Position numbers and translations under genes: made by a program. Of a stretch of DNA of 64,000 nucleotides, positions 41,792 to 52,623 are shown in pieces; within the stretch, counting starts at the first letter, position 1; every line of letters begins with the position of its first letter. The DNA is taken from contig CAWIIB010000001.1 of assembly GCA_963836075.1 (NCBI GenBank), forward strand, positions 1,952,001 through 2,016,000, in the 5' to 3' direction. The notes beneath the pieces were generated by a model. The model worked only from the letters and a program-made list of their open reading frames with translations. It ran no database searches and was not told the DNA's origin. This DNA comes from an uncultured Acidobacteriota bacterium (GTDB lineage: Bacteria; Acidobacteriota; JAQAZP01).

Positions 41792-44080
41792 ATGAAGCAA
41801 ATGATGCAGATGGTCAGCACCGGCACCGCCACAGCCGTCATCCTCGCCCTCCTCCTCTGCCAGGGCTGCGCAGAGGAGCCCCCGGTCAGGCTGGTCCCGG
41901 AAGTCGACCTGCTTGATCTGGCTCCGCCGTGCCGTGGGCCCGACGGGTATCAGCCGCCGGCGGTGGAGCGCCAGGCCTGGAGTTTTTTCGAAGGCCTGCC
42001 CGATGGCTGGACCGCCGGCCCCGAGGGCGTGCGGGTTGTCGCTACGGAGAACGGCGTCCGGCTGGAATGCGAGGGCGCCGAGCCCTGGCTCGAGCTGCAC
42101 CAGGAAATCGATCCGCTGCTCTACGACCGTCTGGTGCTCACCCTGAAGCCGCTGGCCGGCGGGAGCGTGGGGCTGCAATACGCGTTTTATCAACCGGGGA
42201 ACTACCGGCCCTACGGTGTGATACTGAAGATGCTCCAGCAGGCGGGCGAGACCCAGCGCTGCTCCTTTAATATTCCCACCCCCGACTCCTCGGAATCTGT
42301 CGTGCATTCCACAAGGCTGGGCCTCGGCGGCAGCGGCACGGTGCTGGTTCGCCAGGCGGCCCTGGTGCCGCGGCCTAAAGGGTTTATCCGGGGCAGGATC
42401 CTCCCCAAAGAACAGATCTCCCTCTCTCAGGAGTTCAAGCGCTGCTGGCGATTTTCCGGTGGCGACCAACGGAACGTCACCTTCACCGTGCCCGATAACA
42501 AGGACGCTGTGCTGAGGTTTGCCGCCGGCACTCTGATCGGCGCCCGGGCCGCCCGTTGCACCGTCGAGCTGGTCGGCGACAGCCCGAAGGAACTCTTCTC
42601 GGTAACCATGCCCCGCCCCGGAACTGGCTGGCACGACGAGCGCGTTGACCTCGGACGCTGGGCTGGCCGTCGGATCACCCTGAACTTCCGGCTGGAATCG
42701 GAAGAAGCGGAGTCGATCCACCTCATCGGCGCCCCCACGGTCTTCGCCGCCGAGGAGGAATCGCGACCCAACGTCATACTGATCCTGGTGGATACCCTTC
42801 GCGCCGACCACCTCTCCGGCTACGGGCACCACCGGAACACCACGCCCCACCTGGACCGGCTGTCCCGCAACAGCATGCTCTTCACCGCGGCGGCGGCCCC
42901 GGCTTCCTGGACCATCCCCTCGGTGGCGGCCACGCTCACCGGCCACTACCCCGGCTCGAACAACATCGGTCACGGCCGGGCCGCCGGTGTCCCGGCCGGT
43001 ACGCCCACCCTGGCCAGCATTCTCGGTGAAAACGGGTATTCCACCGCCGGGTTTGCAGCCAATGCCCTCCTCGACAACGCCCGCGGTTTTCACCACGGGT
43101 TCAGGCACTACTTTTTCGCGCCACATACCGACAACCAGTTCACCGCGGAGGAGCTGAACCACCGGGCGCTGGACTGGATCGATGACCATGGCGACGAGCG
43201 GTTCTTCTGTTTCCTCCACTACATGGACCCGCACAACCCCTACGACCCGCCCCCCTTTTTACCTGACCCCCTCGATCCCGACGCTCCCACCGCATGGGAG
43301 GGCGGCCATGTTCGCGCCCTGATTGCCGGCGACGTCACCGTGGACCGGCCCGAGGACCTGGAGAGGATCAACCGCTTCTACGACGAGGAAGTTCGCTACG
43401 TGGACCGTCAGATCGGCCTGCTGCTGGCCCGTTTGCGGCAGCTTGGCCTGCTGGAGGATACGGTGGTGCTGATCAGTGCCGACCATGGGGAGGAACTGCA
43501 CGACCGGGGCAATTGGGGCCATGGCTTCACCCTCTACCAGGAACTGATCCGGGTGCCGCTGATCCTCCGGCTGCCCGCGGGAATGAACCACGTGCCGGGG
43601 CTGGTGTCCACGCCGGTGTCGCTGGTGGACGTCCTGCCCACCATCGCCGGCCTGGTTGGCATCTCCCCCCCCGGTGACGGCCGGCCGGGGCACAGTCTGC
43701 TGGAGCCGGTGGAAGAACGGTTCCTGCGCAGCGGCATCTGGGGCAAGCGGGCACCCGACCTCTACTCGGTGAGCCGCGGTCCACGGAAATACATCTATCT
43801 CAACGGCCTGCCGGGCCGAGGGCGCGCTGCCAGGAACCGTCAGCGGCTGGCAACCGTCCTCGAGGCACCGGGGGCGGAGATGTTCTTCGACCTGGGGACC
43901 GATCCCGGTGAACGGCGCAACCTGGACGGCGAAACAGTGGAGGATGAGGCGGCGCTGCGCGAAGAAATGGCGCACTGGCTGGCCGAGATGGGTGCGGCCC
44001 CTTCACTGGAGGAGAAGGAACAGGCTACAATCGACCGTGAGCTGGAAGAGAAGCTCCGGGCCATGGGCTACATGAAGTAA
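41792..44080 (+). CDS. Sulfatase-like lipoprotein (Thr at nucleophile site) with N-terminal beta domains
   Basis: Lipobox CQGC; PNVILILVDTLRADH, WTIPSVAA, HYMDPH, SADHGE, EKLRAMGY. Confidence 0.85.
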   Translation: MKQMMQMVSTGTATAVILALLLCQGCAEEPPVRLVPEVDLLDLAPPCRGPDGYQPPAVERQAWSFFEGLPDGWTAGPEGVRVVATENGVRLECEGAEPWLELHQEIDPLLYDRLVLTLKPLAGGSVGLQYAFYQPGNYRPYGVILKMLQQAGETQRCSFNIPTPDSSESVVHSTRLGLGGSGTVLVRQAALVPRPKGFIRGRILPKEQISLSQEFKRCWRFSGGDQRNVTFTVPDNKDAVLRFAAGTLIGARAARCTVELVGDSPKELFSVTMPRPGTGWHDERVDLGRWAGRRITLNFRLESEEAESIHLIGAPTVFAAEEESRPNVILILVDTLRADHLSGYGHHRNTTPHLDRLSRNSMLFTAAAAPASWTIPSVAATLTGHYPGSNNIGHGRAAGVPAGTPTLASILGENGYSTAGFAANALLDNARGFHHGFRHYFFAPHTDNQFTAEELNHRALDWIDDHGDERFFCFLHYMDPHNPYDPPPFLPDPLDPDAPTAWEGGHVRALIAGDVTVDRPEDLERINRFYDEEVRYVDRQIGLLLARLRQLGLLEDTVVLISADHGEELHDRGNWGHGFTLYQELIRVPLILRLPAGMNHVPGLVSTPVSLVDVLPTIAGLVGISPPGDGRPGHSLLEPVEERFLRSGIWGKRAPDLYSVSRGPRKYIYLNGLPGRGRAARNRQRLATVLEAPGAEMFFDLGTDPGERRNLDGETVEDEAALREEMAHWLAEMGAAPSLEEKEQATIDRELEEKLRAMGYMK

Positions 44081-44138
44081 CGACGATGCTGGCCACTGCC
44101 GCTGCGCACTCCGCGCCGGAGCCCCATACCCAGGGAGT

Positions 44139-46337
44139 TTGATGTCGACTTTCTCCAGAACCGTGATGCTGTTCATCCTGCTTGCTCTCTGGGGCACTCC
44201 GCTGGCCGCCCTGGAGGGACGGCTGATCGGCGTCGACGGCGCACCGCTGGCCGGCGCCCGGATCTCGGTGGAGGGACGGCCCGGTTCAACTGTCTCGGGC
44301 CACGACGGCTCCTTCACCCTCACCCCCGACCCCGTTCCGCCTTTCGTCCTGCTGGTTACCCGGCCGGACGGCGTGGCCCTGGCCCCGTTCCCGGTGCTGG
44401 ACATTCCCGGCGGAGAGCTGCTGGAAGTGCGGCTGGCCGGTGTGCTGCGACAGACGGTGACCGTGATCAGCGGCTCGGTGCCCGACCTGGAACTTCCGCC
44501 GGCCGCGGCCTCCACCGTGATCGGCCGCCGCGACCTGGAGCAGCGGGTGCCGGCAACCCTGGGCCAGGTGCTGGAGGCCATCCCGGGGAGTGAAGAGAGC
44601 GGCGGCGGCCTGGCCGCGGTTCCCTCCCTGCGCGGGTTGTCCATGTCGCGAACCCTGCTGATGCTTGACGAAGGCCGGATCACCGCCGAGCGCCGCGCCG
44701 GCCCCTCGGCCACCTTCCTCGACCCGGACACCGTGGAGGAGGTGGAGGTGATCCGCGGGCCCGGCTCAGTGGCCTACGGCTCCGACGCCTTTGGCGGGAT
44801 CATCCGTGCCCGCTCGCGGATGCCCTCACCGGGGGATGGTCTCGCCGTACGGTACGGTCTCACCGGCGGCCTGGGGGTGGGCGAGGTGGGAGCGATGGCC
44901 GAGGTGAGCGGCGATGCGCTGGGCGGAGCCCTGCTGGCCGGAATCCAGGCCCGGGCCTACGACGACTACCGCAGCCCCGAAGGCGTGGTGCAAAACTCAT
45001 CGGCCACGCGCCGCGGGTTCCGTCTGGCCTGGCAGCGTTTCCTCTTCAACGGCGTACTGCGCGTCGGCTGGCGCACCGACCAAGGGCGGGATATCGGCAA
45101 GCCGGACACCGACTGGCCGGAAAAGCGGACCACCTACCCCGAAGAGGACTCGCACCGCCTGGGCGTCTCCTTCGAGACGCCCGGCCCGGGCAACTGGTCA
45201 CGGGTGACGGTGAGCGCCGCCTGGGACCAGTACCGGCTGGTGCTGGAAAAGGAACGCTTTGCCAGCGGCGAAGAAGGCCGCAGCCTCAGCGGCTCCGATA
45301 CCGACGCCAGCGACTACGAACTGCGGCTGGAGGCCGAGCGGCCCCTGGGCCAGGCCACCCGGCTGATCGTCGGCCTTCACGGCTACGGCCGCTACGGTCT
45401 CGAGGCGGAGAGCCGCGCCGAGGTCTACGACCTGGACGGCGGACTCCTGGAGAGCGTTGCCGAAACCAGCATCGCCGACGCCCGGCGGGACGACATCGGG
45501 GCCTTCGCCGGCCTGGGCACCCAGCTGGGCCAGCGGCTGAAGATCAACGCCGGCCTGCGTCTCGACCTGGTGCGGTCGGAGAACCGCGGCGGGTATTTCG
45601 GTGACCGGAGCACCGACGACACCGCGGTCTCCGGTTTCCTCTCCGCCGGCCTCACCCTGCTGCCCGACCTGGAGCTCACCGCACAGGCCGCCCGGGGGTT
45701 CCGTGACGCCCTGCTCTCGGACCGCTACTACACCGGCCCCAGCGGCCGGGGCACGGTGATCGGCAACCCGGACCTCCAGCCGGAGACCAGCCGGCAGTAT
45801 GACCTGGCCCTGCGCTTCAACCGCGGCCCGCTGCGGCTGGCCGCCTTTGGCTACCTCTACCGGATCCGCAACCTCATCGAACGCTACGGCGAGGACGATG
45901 TCTATTTCTTCCGCAACCGCGGCCAGGCCGAGATCACCGGCCTGGAGCTGGAGGGGACCTGGACGATCTCGGAACAGCTGCTGGTCCAGCTGGGGGCGCA
46001 GCTCCAGCGCGGCGAAGCGCTGGACGACGGGGCGCCCCTGGACAGCATTCCCGCACAGGGCGTCTTTCTCACCCTGCGCGGCGACAGCGCCTCCGGCTGG
46101 TGGTGGATGACGAGGGCCCGGGCCTATGCCCGGGACGACCGGCCCGGCCCCACCGAGAAGGTGGTCCCTGGCCATGCGCTGTTCGATGCCGGGCTGGGCC
46201 GGGATTTCAGCGACCACCTGCGGCTGCAGCTGCTGGCCGGCAACCTGCTGGACCAGACCTATTCCGCCTCGGCCGACGAAAAGTCGATGCCCGCCGCCGG
46301 CCGCTCGCTGCAGCTGATGCTCCGCGGGACATTCTGA
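44139..46337 (+). CDS. TonB-dependent receptor
   Basis: Signal peptide, CarboxypepD-like N-terminus, plug (SLRG…VEVIRGPGSVAYGSDAFGGII), GNPDLQPE, NLLD, C-terminal F. Confidence 0.92.
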   Translation: MMSTFSRTVMLFILLALWGTPLAALEGRLIGVDGAPLAGARISVEGRPGSTVSGHDGSFTLTPDPVPPFVLLVTRPDGVALAPFPVLDIPGGELLEVRLAGVLRQTVTVISGSVPDLELPPAAASTVIGRRDLEQRVPATLGQVLEAIPGSEESGGGLAAVPSLRGLSMSRTLLMLDEGRITAERRAGPSATFLDPDTVEEVEVIRGPGSVAYGSDAFGGIIRARSRMPSPGDGLAVRYGLTGGLGVGEVGAMAEVSGDALGGALLAGIQARAYDDYRSPEGVVQNSSATRRGFRLAWQRFLFNGVLRVGWRTDQGRDIGKPDTDWPEKRTTYPEEDSHRLGVSFETPGPGNWSRVTVSAAWDQYRLVLEKERFASGEEGRSLSGSDTDASDYELRLEAERPLGQATRLIVGLHGYGRYGLEAESRAEVYDLDGGLLESVAETSIADARRDDIGAFAGLGTQLGQRLKINAGLRLDLVRSENRGGYFGDRSTDDTAVSGFLSAGLTLLPDLELTAQAARGFRDALLSDRYYTGPSGRGTVIGNPDLQPETSRQYDLALRFNRGPLRLAAFGYLYRIRNLIERYGEDDVYFFRNRGQAEITGLELEGTWTISEQLLVQLGAQLQRGEALDDGAPLDSIPAQGVFLTLRGDSASGWWWMTRARAYARDDRPGPTEKVVPGHALFDAGLGRDFSDHLRLQLLAGNLLDQTYSASADEKSMPAAGRSLQLMLRGTF

Positions 46338-46346
46338 CATCCTTTA

Positions 46347-46413
46347 GGGACGTACATGAATATATGAATAAATCTGGTGCGCCGCTAACAATTCATATAT
46401 TCATGTACGTCCC
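46347..46413. repeat. Perfect 23-bp inverted repeat with 21-nt spacer (MITE/REP-like)
   Basis: GGGACGTACATGAATATATGAAT (46347-46369) and ATTCATATATTCATGTACGTCCC (46391-46413). Confidence 0.9.
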
Positions 46414-46419
46414 CGGGGG

Positions 46420-48963
46420 TTAGCTGATGTCGGCCAGTTGGGTGGTGGGGACCTTGAGGTCGAGGTCGAAGAGGAATTCGTGACGCACCCGCACGCGCCG
46501 CACCGGCGAGCTCATCTGGTTCAGGGAAGGATCGGCGGAGTTGATCTTCAGCAGGTAGTCGCCCGGGGCCACGTGGTCGATGCGGTAGAGGCCGAACTGG
46601 TCGGTGGTCACCACCGACACCAGGGAACCCGAAGTGCTGAGCAGCTCCACCCGAACCCCGGACTGGTTGTTGCCCATGGCATCTGTCACCCGGCCGGCCA
46701 GACCGTATTCCTGCCGCACTGTGAAATCGAGACGGGTCACCGCCCGGGGCAGCACCTTGGCGATCAGCGAACTGCGCTCCGGGACCAGCTCCATGGGCAG
46801 GTTCTCCAGGTCGAGGTCCACCACGTGCATCCCCGCCTTGAGGTTGCCCTTGTAGAAATTGCCCGACGGATCGGTGAGCACCCGGTAGAGATTGTCGATG
46901 ATCACCACCACCCCCTCCAGATCGAACTTCTGGCCCGGCTTCAGCCCCTTGACCAGGATCCGCCCGGCCACCGAACCGCGGTTGCGCAGGGCGGTCCCCC
47001 CTCGGCGGGGAGCATCCGGCCGCCGGCAAAGGTGAAGTCTGTACGCACATTGGCCACCAGGTAGGTGTCCTTGTACGTCTGATCAAGATTCCCGGTCATG
47101 GCCAGGGGCGGTATGCTCTGATATTCGGCGCTGGCAAAGACCCCGGGGAGGACCCGCATGCTTCCTCCAGCCGCGACACCAAAATCACCGTTGCTGTACA
47201 CCGGGCCGACGTGGAAGCTCGGGGCGGTGAACCGGTCACCGTTGCGGTTAAAGACCGCCGAGTAACGGGTCCGCTCAAAGTCATCCGCCTCGGCGGTCAA
47301 CGACATCCCGTATAGTGCGTTGAAGCGGCGGGTGTAGTCGAGGGTTGCCGTCTCGTGGATCACGCAGCTCAGCCGTGAAGCATGGTCAATGGTCCAGTTC
47401 CCGTCGAAGCGATACTTGCCGTCGTAGTCAGGCCGCAGACTGAACCGCAACCGGGGCATTGGCCCCCAACTGATGTAAGGCAGGATGAATTGCGTTTCAT
47501 TAAAGTTGAGCTGATAATAGCGGGCGCGCAGACCGAGCTCCAGCTTGTTGCTCAGCCGGTAGCTGGAGTCGAAATTATGATCAAAATAGTCAGTGCCACG
47601 CACAGTAGTGGAGTACCCCTGGGACATGTACATCGAACGACCATACATTCGCCACCGTTCTGTTCCCCCCTCGATGTCGAAAAGGTAGCCGTTCCCGCCG
47701 TTGGAAGCCGCACCAGACAGCGAGACCACAAAGCGATTGAATAGGCTGGTCACCAGGCCGGCCTGCCCCTGGACGACGCCGTCCAGAGTCTGTATTGCAC
47801 CCTCCAGGGTAAAGTTATCGGTGATTCCCTGCCGGTACTGATAAAAGGCGGTTGAGCCCTGACTGTTATCCAGGCTGGACTGCAGGATACCGTTGGTCAG
47901 GTTTCCGCCCATACCGGCGCCGCCCAGATGGGTCGCCGCACCGATGGGAAGCAATTCGCTGGAAACGGCCACCCGCAGCTCACGGACCTCCAACGGCACG
48001 CTGAGGTTGTGATGGTCGAAAATGTAGATTTCAACGAAGGCGAGGCGCAGGGAGGGCAGAACAACTTCGAGAAACTCGAACTCCCCGCTGAGCCCCACGA
48101 TGGTCTGACCCAGCACCACCCCGTCCACTCGGAGTTGAATAAAACTGCCCGGGTCGGCCCGGCCGCGGAAGGTGCGCACCGGTGATGTGTTGCGCGAAAA
48201 CATATTCCGTGAATCACCGAGATCCGCATAGAGGTCCATGCGCTGGTTGGTCCAGCCCAGCTGGGCGCCGGTGAAGTCGACACTGTTCAGCAGTGGGTGA
48301 ACCTGCAGCCACTGGCGGCCAGCCTGGAAAACGGTCTGGCCAAAAATTCTCTGCCAGTTGTATTCCCGCAGTTCGTGGTACCTTTCGAAATTTGTATCGT
48401 AGCGTGCCTGCCAGGTGCCGCCCACCGCGCGTCCATCGAGCCTAGTGGCACTGTGGTGCTGGGCAGAGCGATCGGTGCGGGTATAGTTGTATTCCTCACT
48501 GAATGTCGGAGACACCGAAGCCGCTTGGTTCGGCGTCGGGGGTCACCTGGACCTGCACCGGCCGAGGCTCACCCCAGCCGGGGCGCCAAGGCAGGTCGAG
48601 GTCCAGGGCGAATTCCACCGGGTCGAAGGTGACCGGTGTGTGCAGCCGCCGCTCCACCAGCTCCTGGCTGACATAGAGAGCACCATTGTACCAGCGGAGG
48701 TCCTGCTCGTAGAAAAAGACCGTGCCCAGCGGTGTGGCCACGTGGACCTGGGAACCAAACTTTTCCAGGGTGCAACCGGTGGCCCGGGCCAGCGGCTCCA
48801 GCGGCAGGTAGTACACACCATTCTCCTTCACCGCTTCCACGGTGTCCACTTCCCGGTGCTGGATCGACAGACCCACCACCAGGATCTCCTCGGCGGCGGC
48901 ACCGGGGATCAACACCGCCAGGCCAAGAAGCCAGATCGCGGCTTGGAGAACGCGGCTCTTCAT
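46420..48963 (-). pseudogene. Usher-like outer membrane protein with C-terminal CarboxypepD-like domains; frameshifts near 48498 and at the C6 run 46996-47001
   Basis: Three consecutive ORFs join: signal MKSRVLQ…SDIQ(+T)EEYNY…; YRQGITDNFTLEG; then TALRNRGSVAGR…TTDQFGLYRIDHVAPGDY. Lies downstream of a PapD-like gene. Confidence 0.7.
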
Positions 48964-49020
48964 GCTGGTCACCACCCCTGGGGTGAGCAACGCTTGCGTC
49001 AGACGAAAACCAATCGATCG

Positions 49021-49932
49021 CTATTCCAACTCGGGGGAGCCGGAGGAAACGGCCTCCGCGGCAGAGACTGTAAAGGGCAGAGCCCGGTCAAAACTGTATT
49101 CACCCAAGTCAAAGTCGAGGTCGAGAATATAGTCCCCAGCGGGCAGCGGCTTGCCGGCCTGGAACCAGACCTGCCGGCATGCCCCGGCCAGCACCGGGAT
49201 CCCCGGCAGCTTTCCCGCATCGACCAACGCCTCGGGCAGCACTACATCGGCCGTGTCGAGGTTGAGGACGCGGTGCTCTGAGGAAAGACCAGGGTAGAGA
49301 GAGGCCGGCCAGACGGAGTAGTGGCCAAGGATCCTCACGTGGGCCGTTCCCTTACTGCTGATCTGCAAGCCGGCCTGCACCGGGTTGCTCCCCTGGGCCA
49401 GTTCCACCGAGTGCAGTTCGCCGATCCGTTTCACCTCGCCCACCGTGCCGTAAACCGCCACGCCGATCCGGAATTTAACCCGCATCTGTGCATCGCTTTC
49501 CTTAGGAAGCACTTGGTCGAGGTAGATCATCGCCCGGTGCTCCCCCAGTTCGGGCCGCACCCGAGGCCGAATGGAAAGACGAACGCTCTGGGATTTCCCC
49601 GGCTCGATGGTGAAGCGCAGGGGGTTGATCACGATCCACTGGTCCAGTGACTGCTCATTTGGGTCCAGCAGCCGGACCTGGTTCTGCTCGTCCAGATCCC
49701 AGGTGGCCAGACTGACCTGGACCTCAACCGGCTCCTTGCCGAAGTTCAGCACCCGCAGGGAGTGCAAGCTGGGGGTGGATCCGATCTCCATTTCCAGGAT
49801 GGACGGGCTCACCGCGACCATCGGCGGTGGGAGATTTTCCTGGGCCACGGCTCCCAACGGCATGAGCATCAGCAGGATGAGCCAGGCGCCCCAGTTCCGA
49901 ATGCACAACATCTTCATAGTTGGTCTCACCAT
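49021..49932 (-). CDS. PapD-like periplasmic pilus chaperone
   Basis: Signal peptide, VAVSPSILE, WIVINPLRFTIEPGKSQSVRL, GEHRAMIY, SKGTAHVR. Confidence 0.8.
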   Translation of the reverse strand: MVRPTMKMLCIRNWGAWLILLMLMPLGAVAQENLPPPMVAVSPSILEMEIGSTPSLHSLRVLNFGKEPVEVQVSLATWDLDEQNQVRLLDPNEQSLDQWIVINPLRFTIEPGKSQSVRLSIRPRVRPELGEHRAMIYLDQVLPKESDAQMRVKFRIGVAVYGTVGEVKRIGELHSVELAQGSNPVQAGLQISSKGTAHVRILGHYSVWPASLYPGLSSEHRVLNLDTADVVLPEALVDAGKLPGIPVLAGACRQVWFQAGKPLPAGDYILDLDFDLGEYSFDRALPFTVSAAEAVSSGSPELE

Positions 49933-49980
49933 TGATTTGCGGGTTGGACTGCTCGATCAGGAATAAAAAAACTTTATCCG

Positions 49981-50583
49981 CTAGAACTGGTTGACCACCA
50001 CGGTCAACGTTCCGGAATAGGTACCCGTGGAGCGGGCCGTATCCAGCCTGAGGTGCATCACCATCCCCCCCTCCACCACCATGGAGTGCTTTTCGCGGCC
50101 GATGATCCGGGGCGGGATGTCGTCGATAACCACCTTGATTTCCGAGTCGTTTTTTTCAAGACTGCCGAGGCAGGAAGAGCGGCCGTTGGCCCCCACCAGT
50201 TCGTAGCTCACGTCCAGGGCGAAAAGCATGGTTTCCACCGGTAAACGCATCCGCCACAGTTCGGGCACACTCCGTGACACAGTTGTGAGCAAATTCAACG
50301 AATTGAAAGACCCGCCGCCATGATGGAAATCGCCAACGGAGAGTGCCTGCTGATTGCGGCCACCTGTCAATTCAATGGCGGTCACCGGTTCCAGGTGGAC
50401 ACGGGGCTTGATGGTGAAAACTCCAGTGACCCCCCGGTGAACGGTATGCTGTTCCTTGTTGAACGTAGTCAGACTGCCCTTGGGCCCGGCAACCGCATCC
50501 ATGGACATCATCAGCATCAGGGTCGTTACAACCAGGATGACCGTCCAGATTGATCGCACAAGCAAAAAAACAGCGATCCGCAC
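49981..50583 (-). CDS. Minor pilin / tip-like subunit
   Basis: Signal peptide; C-terminal strand LRLDTARSTGTYSGTLTVVV; start inferred at GTG 50583. Confidence 0.55.
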   Translation of the reverse strand: MRIAVFLLVRSIWTVILVVTTLMLMMSMDAVAGPKGSLTTFNKEQHTVHRGVTGVFTIKPRVHLEPVTAIELTGGRNQQALSVGDFHHGGGSFNSLNLLTTVSRSVPELWRMRLPVETMLFALDVSYELVGANGRSSCLGSLEKNDSEIKVVIDDIPPRIIGREKHSMVVEGGMVMHLRLDTARSTGTYSGTLTVVVNQF

Positions 50584-50668
50584 CGGCCGAAGCCGGTGCG
50601 GCGCTGCAGGAGAAGCCAAAACAACGCGAAGCGGGGACCGCCGGGGCACCCGCACTGCGAGGTGGCTG

Positions 50669-51262
50669 CTAGACAAGCGTTGCTGTAAGAGTGAATACAC
50701 CATCCTCATACTCACCAGCTGCCGTTGCATTTGTCAGGTCAAGCGTCAGTTGGACATCGCCTTCATGCGCATCGACCAGACCAGGTGAGGGGAATGTGAC
50801 TGTGGCTGCAGGTCCACCCCCGGCATCCACGGCGTGACCGGTGATGAGCATCGTCGCAGTACCACCGGTGTGGGTCAAAGTGGGTGTGTTTTGTGTGATC
50901 GCGATCTGGGACATATCTCCGGTGCCCCCAAGCGATCTCACGGCCCAGGCGTCCTCCAGCGTCAACACCACAGCACTGGGATCACCGGTCAGCGCCGTGG
51001 GAGAGATGTTGAGATTAAAATTCATCCCGCCAGACAGCGGACCGATAGCACCCTCATCCACAGCCGCCGTCCCTCCGGTAAGATAGGCACCCAGGGCACC
51101 GCTGGTGATCGTCACGTCCACTTCACTGAAGTAGTGGAGAATGACGATACCCTCCAGTGTAATGTCAATATTGGTGTCTCCGCTGGCCTGGGCTGCGACC
51201 GGCGCACTGTTCAGCGACAGGGCCACCAACGCAATGGTCAGAACAAACAGTAGTCTCTTCAT
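50669..51262 (-). CDS. Major pilin-like subunit
   Basis: GGAGGAG RBS, signal MKRLLF…VAA, Thr/Gly/Ala-rich, ends LDLTNATAAGEYEDGVFTLTAT; first gene of the operon. Confidence 0.65.
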   Translation of the reverse strand: MKRLLFVLTIALVALSLNSAPVAAQASGDTNIDITLEGIVILHYFSEVDVTITSGALGAYLTGGTAAVDEGAIGPLSGGMNFNLNISPTALTGDPSAVVLTLEDAWAVRSLGGTGDMSQIAITQNTPTLTHTGGTATMLITGHAVDAGGGPAATVTFPSPGLVDAHEGDVQLTLDLTNATAAGEYEDGVFTLTATLV

Positions 51263-51628
51263 TGCTCCTCCTCGTGGGGTTGCGGCGATGGTTTCGTTTC
51301 CTTCTTGTTGTCCTATCGCCAAGTTCACGTTCCGGCATACGGGCACAAACATGAATCTGATCGGTATGTGTGGTTTAAAACATTAGAAAATTCAGGGACG
51401 AGTATCTGGATGAAACCGGGAAATGGAGAACCACCAAAGTTGCGCGAACCGCTAATGTTTACGGCTTTTTATGTCGAAAAAACGAGTGGCGATAGAACAA
51501 GCCGGCGGCTCCTGACCGAGTTCCAACACAACCGACCACCGCCGGAAAGATCACTGACAGGTTCAGGCAATCAATGAAGCGCAGATGAAACGAGGTTTGC
51601 GCGACTCAGGTCTGACAGGGGGCCCCTG

Positions 51629-52597
51629 ATGAAAGCATCCACCTTTTTAACGCTCATACTTCTCCTGGCCTCATCGGTGGGAACCGTCGCGGACGGGCTC
51701 ACCCCCGGCCAGACCCAGGAGCTGCTGCTGAGGGTTCCGATCCCCGACTGCCACCCCGGCGGGATTCTTTCCCAGCAACTGGTCACCGGCTGTGACACCA
51801 TCGAGGATCTCGACGTGGCGCTGGAGATCGACCACCACTGGACCGGCGACCTGGTGGTCACCCTGGAGAGCCCCGAGGGGACCCGGGTGACCCTGGTGGA
51901 CCGGCCCGGTTTTGACGGCTCGGGGTACGGCTGCCCATTTGCCGGACTGTCCGCCCTCCTCGATGACGAGGCGGCCACGGCATTGGAGGACCAGTGCATC
52001 GACGATAGCGGCGGAACCATCCCGGCCATCAGCGGTGTCCTGTCCCCCAGCGAACCGCTGGCCTCCTTTGACGGCGAGCTGGGATCCGGGGTCTGGACCC
52101 TGCGGGTCAGCGACTGGGCCGAGGAGAACACCGGAAAACTGATGAACTGGCAGCTGCAGTTCCAGTGCAGTTCACGCGACGTGGACCTCCAGCCGGAGCT
52201 GTCCGCCGACCGCACCTGGGCCAGTCCGGGGGACACGGTGATCTTCACCCTCCATCTGCTCAACGCCGGCAGCGAAGCGGCCAGCGGAGTGGAGGCTGTC
52301 TACGACCTGCCGGCCGGGTTCGACTGGCTGTGGGCCGAACCGGGGGCGCTGGCCGATGGTCAGTTGATCATCCAGCGCCACGGCAACCTCGAGCCGGGTG
52401 AAACGGCCGAGGCCCGGCTGGCGCTGACCGTCACCCCGGGCCAGTGGGGCGAACTGAAACTTTCAGCCCTCGTCCGGGCCGAGCAGACCGACAGCTACCC
52501 CTGGAACGACCAGGTGAGCGCCGGTATCCGCGTCGGCCCCGGGTCCGGCGGCCACACCGCATCTGACATTCAACAGCACGTGGAGATAAAACAATGA
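51629..52597 (+). CDS. Secreted protein: proprotein-convertase P domain + DUF11
   Basis: IDHHWTGDLVVTLESPEGT…GVWTLRVSD…GKLMNWQL; PGDTVIFTLHLLNAG…D…ND. Confidence 0.8.
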   Translation: MKASTFLTLILLLASSVGTVADGLTPGQTQELLLRVPIPDCHPGGILSQQLVTGCDTIEDLDVALEIDHHWTGDLVVTLESPEGTRVTLVDRPGFDGSGYGCPFAGLSALLDDEAATALEDQCIDDSGGTIPAISGVLSPSEPLASFDGELGSGVWTLRVSDWAEENTGKLMNWQLQFQCSSRDVDLQPELSADRTWASPGDTVIFTLHLLNAGSEAASGVEAVYDLPAGFDWLWAEPGALADGQLIIQRHGNLEPGETAEARLALTVTPGQWGELKLSALVRAEQTDSYPWNDQVSAGIRVGPGSGGHTASDIQQHVEIKQ

Positions 52598-52623
52598 CCG
52601 GGCAGCGGAGAATGGAGGAACCC

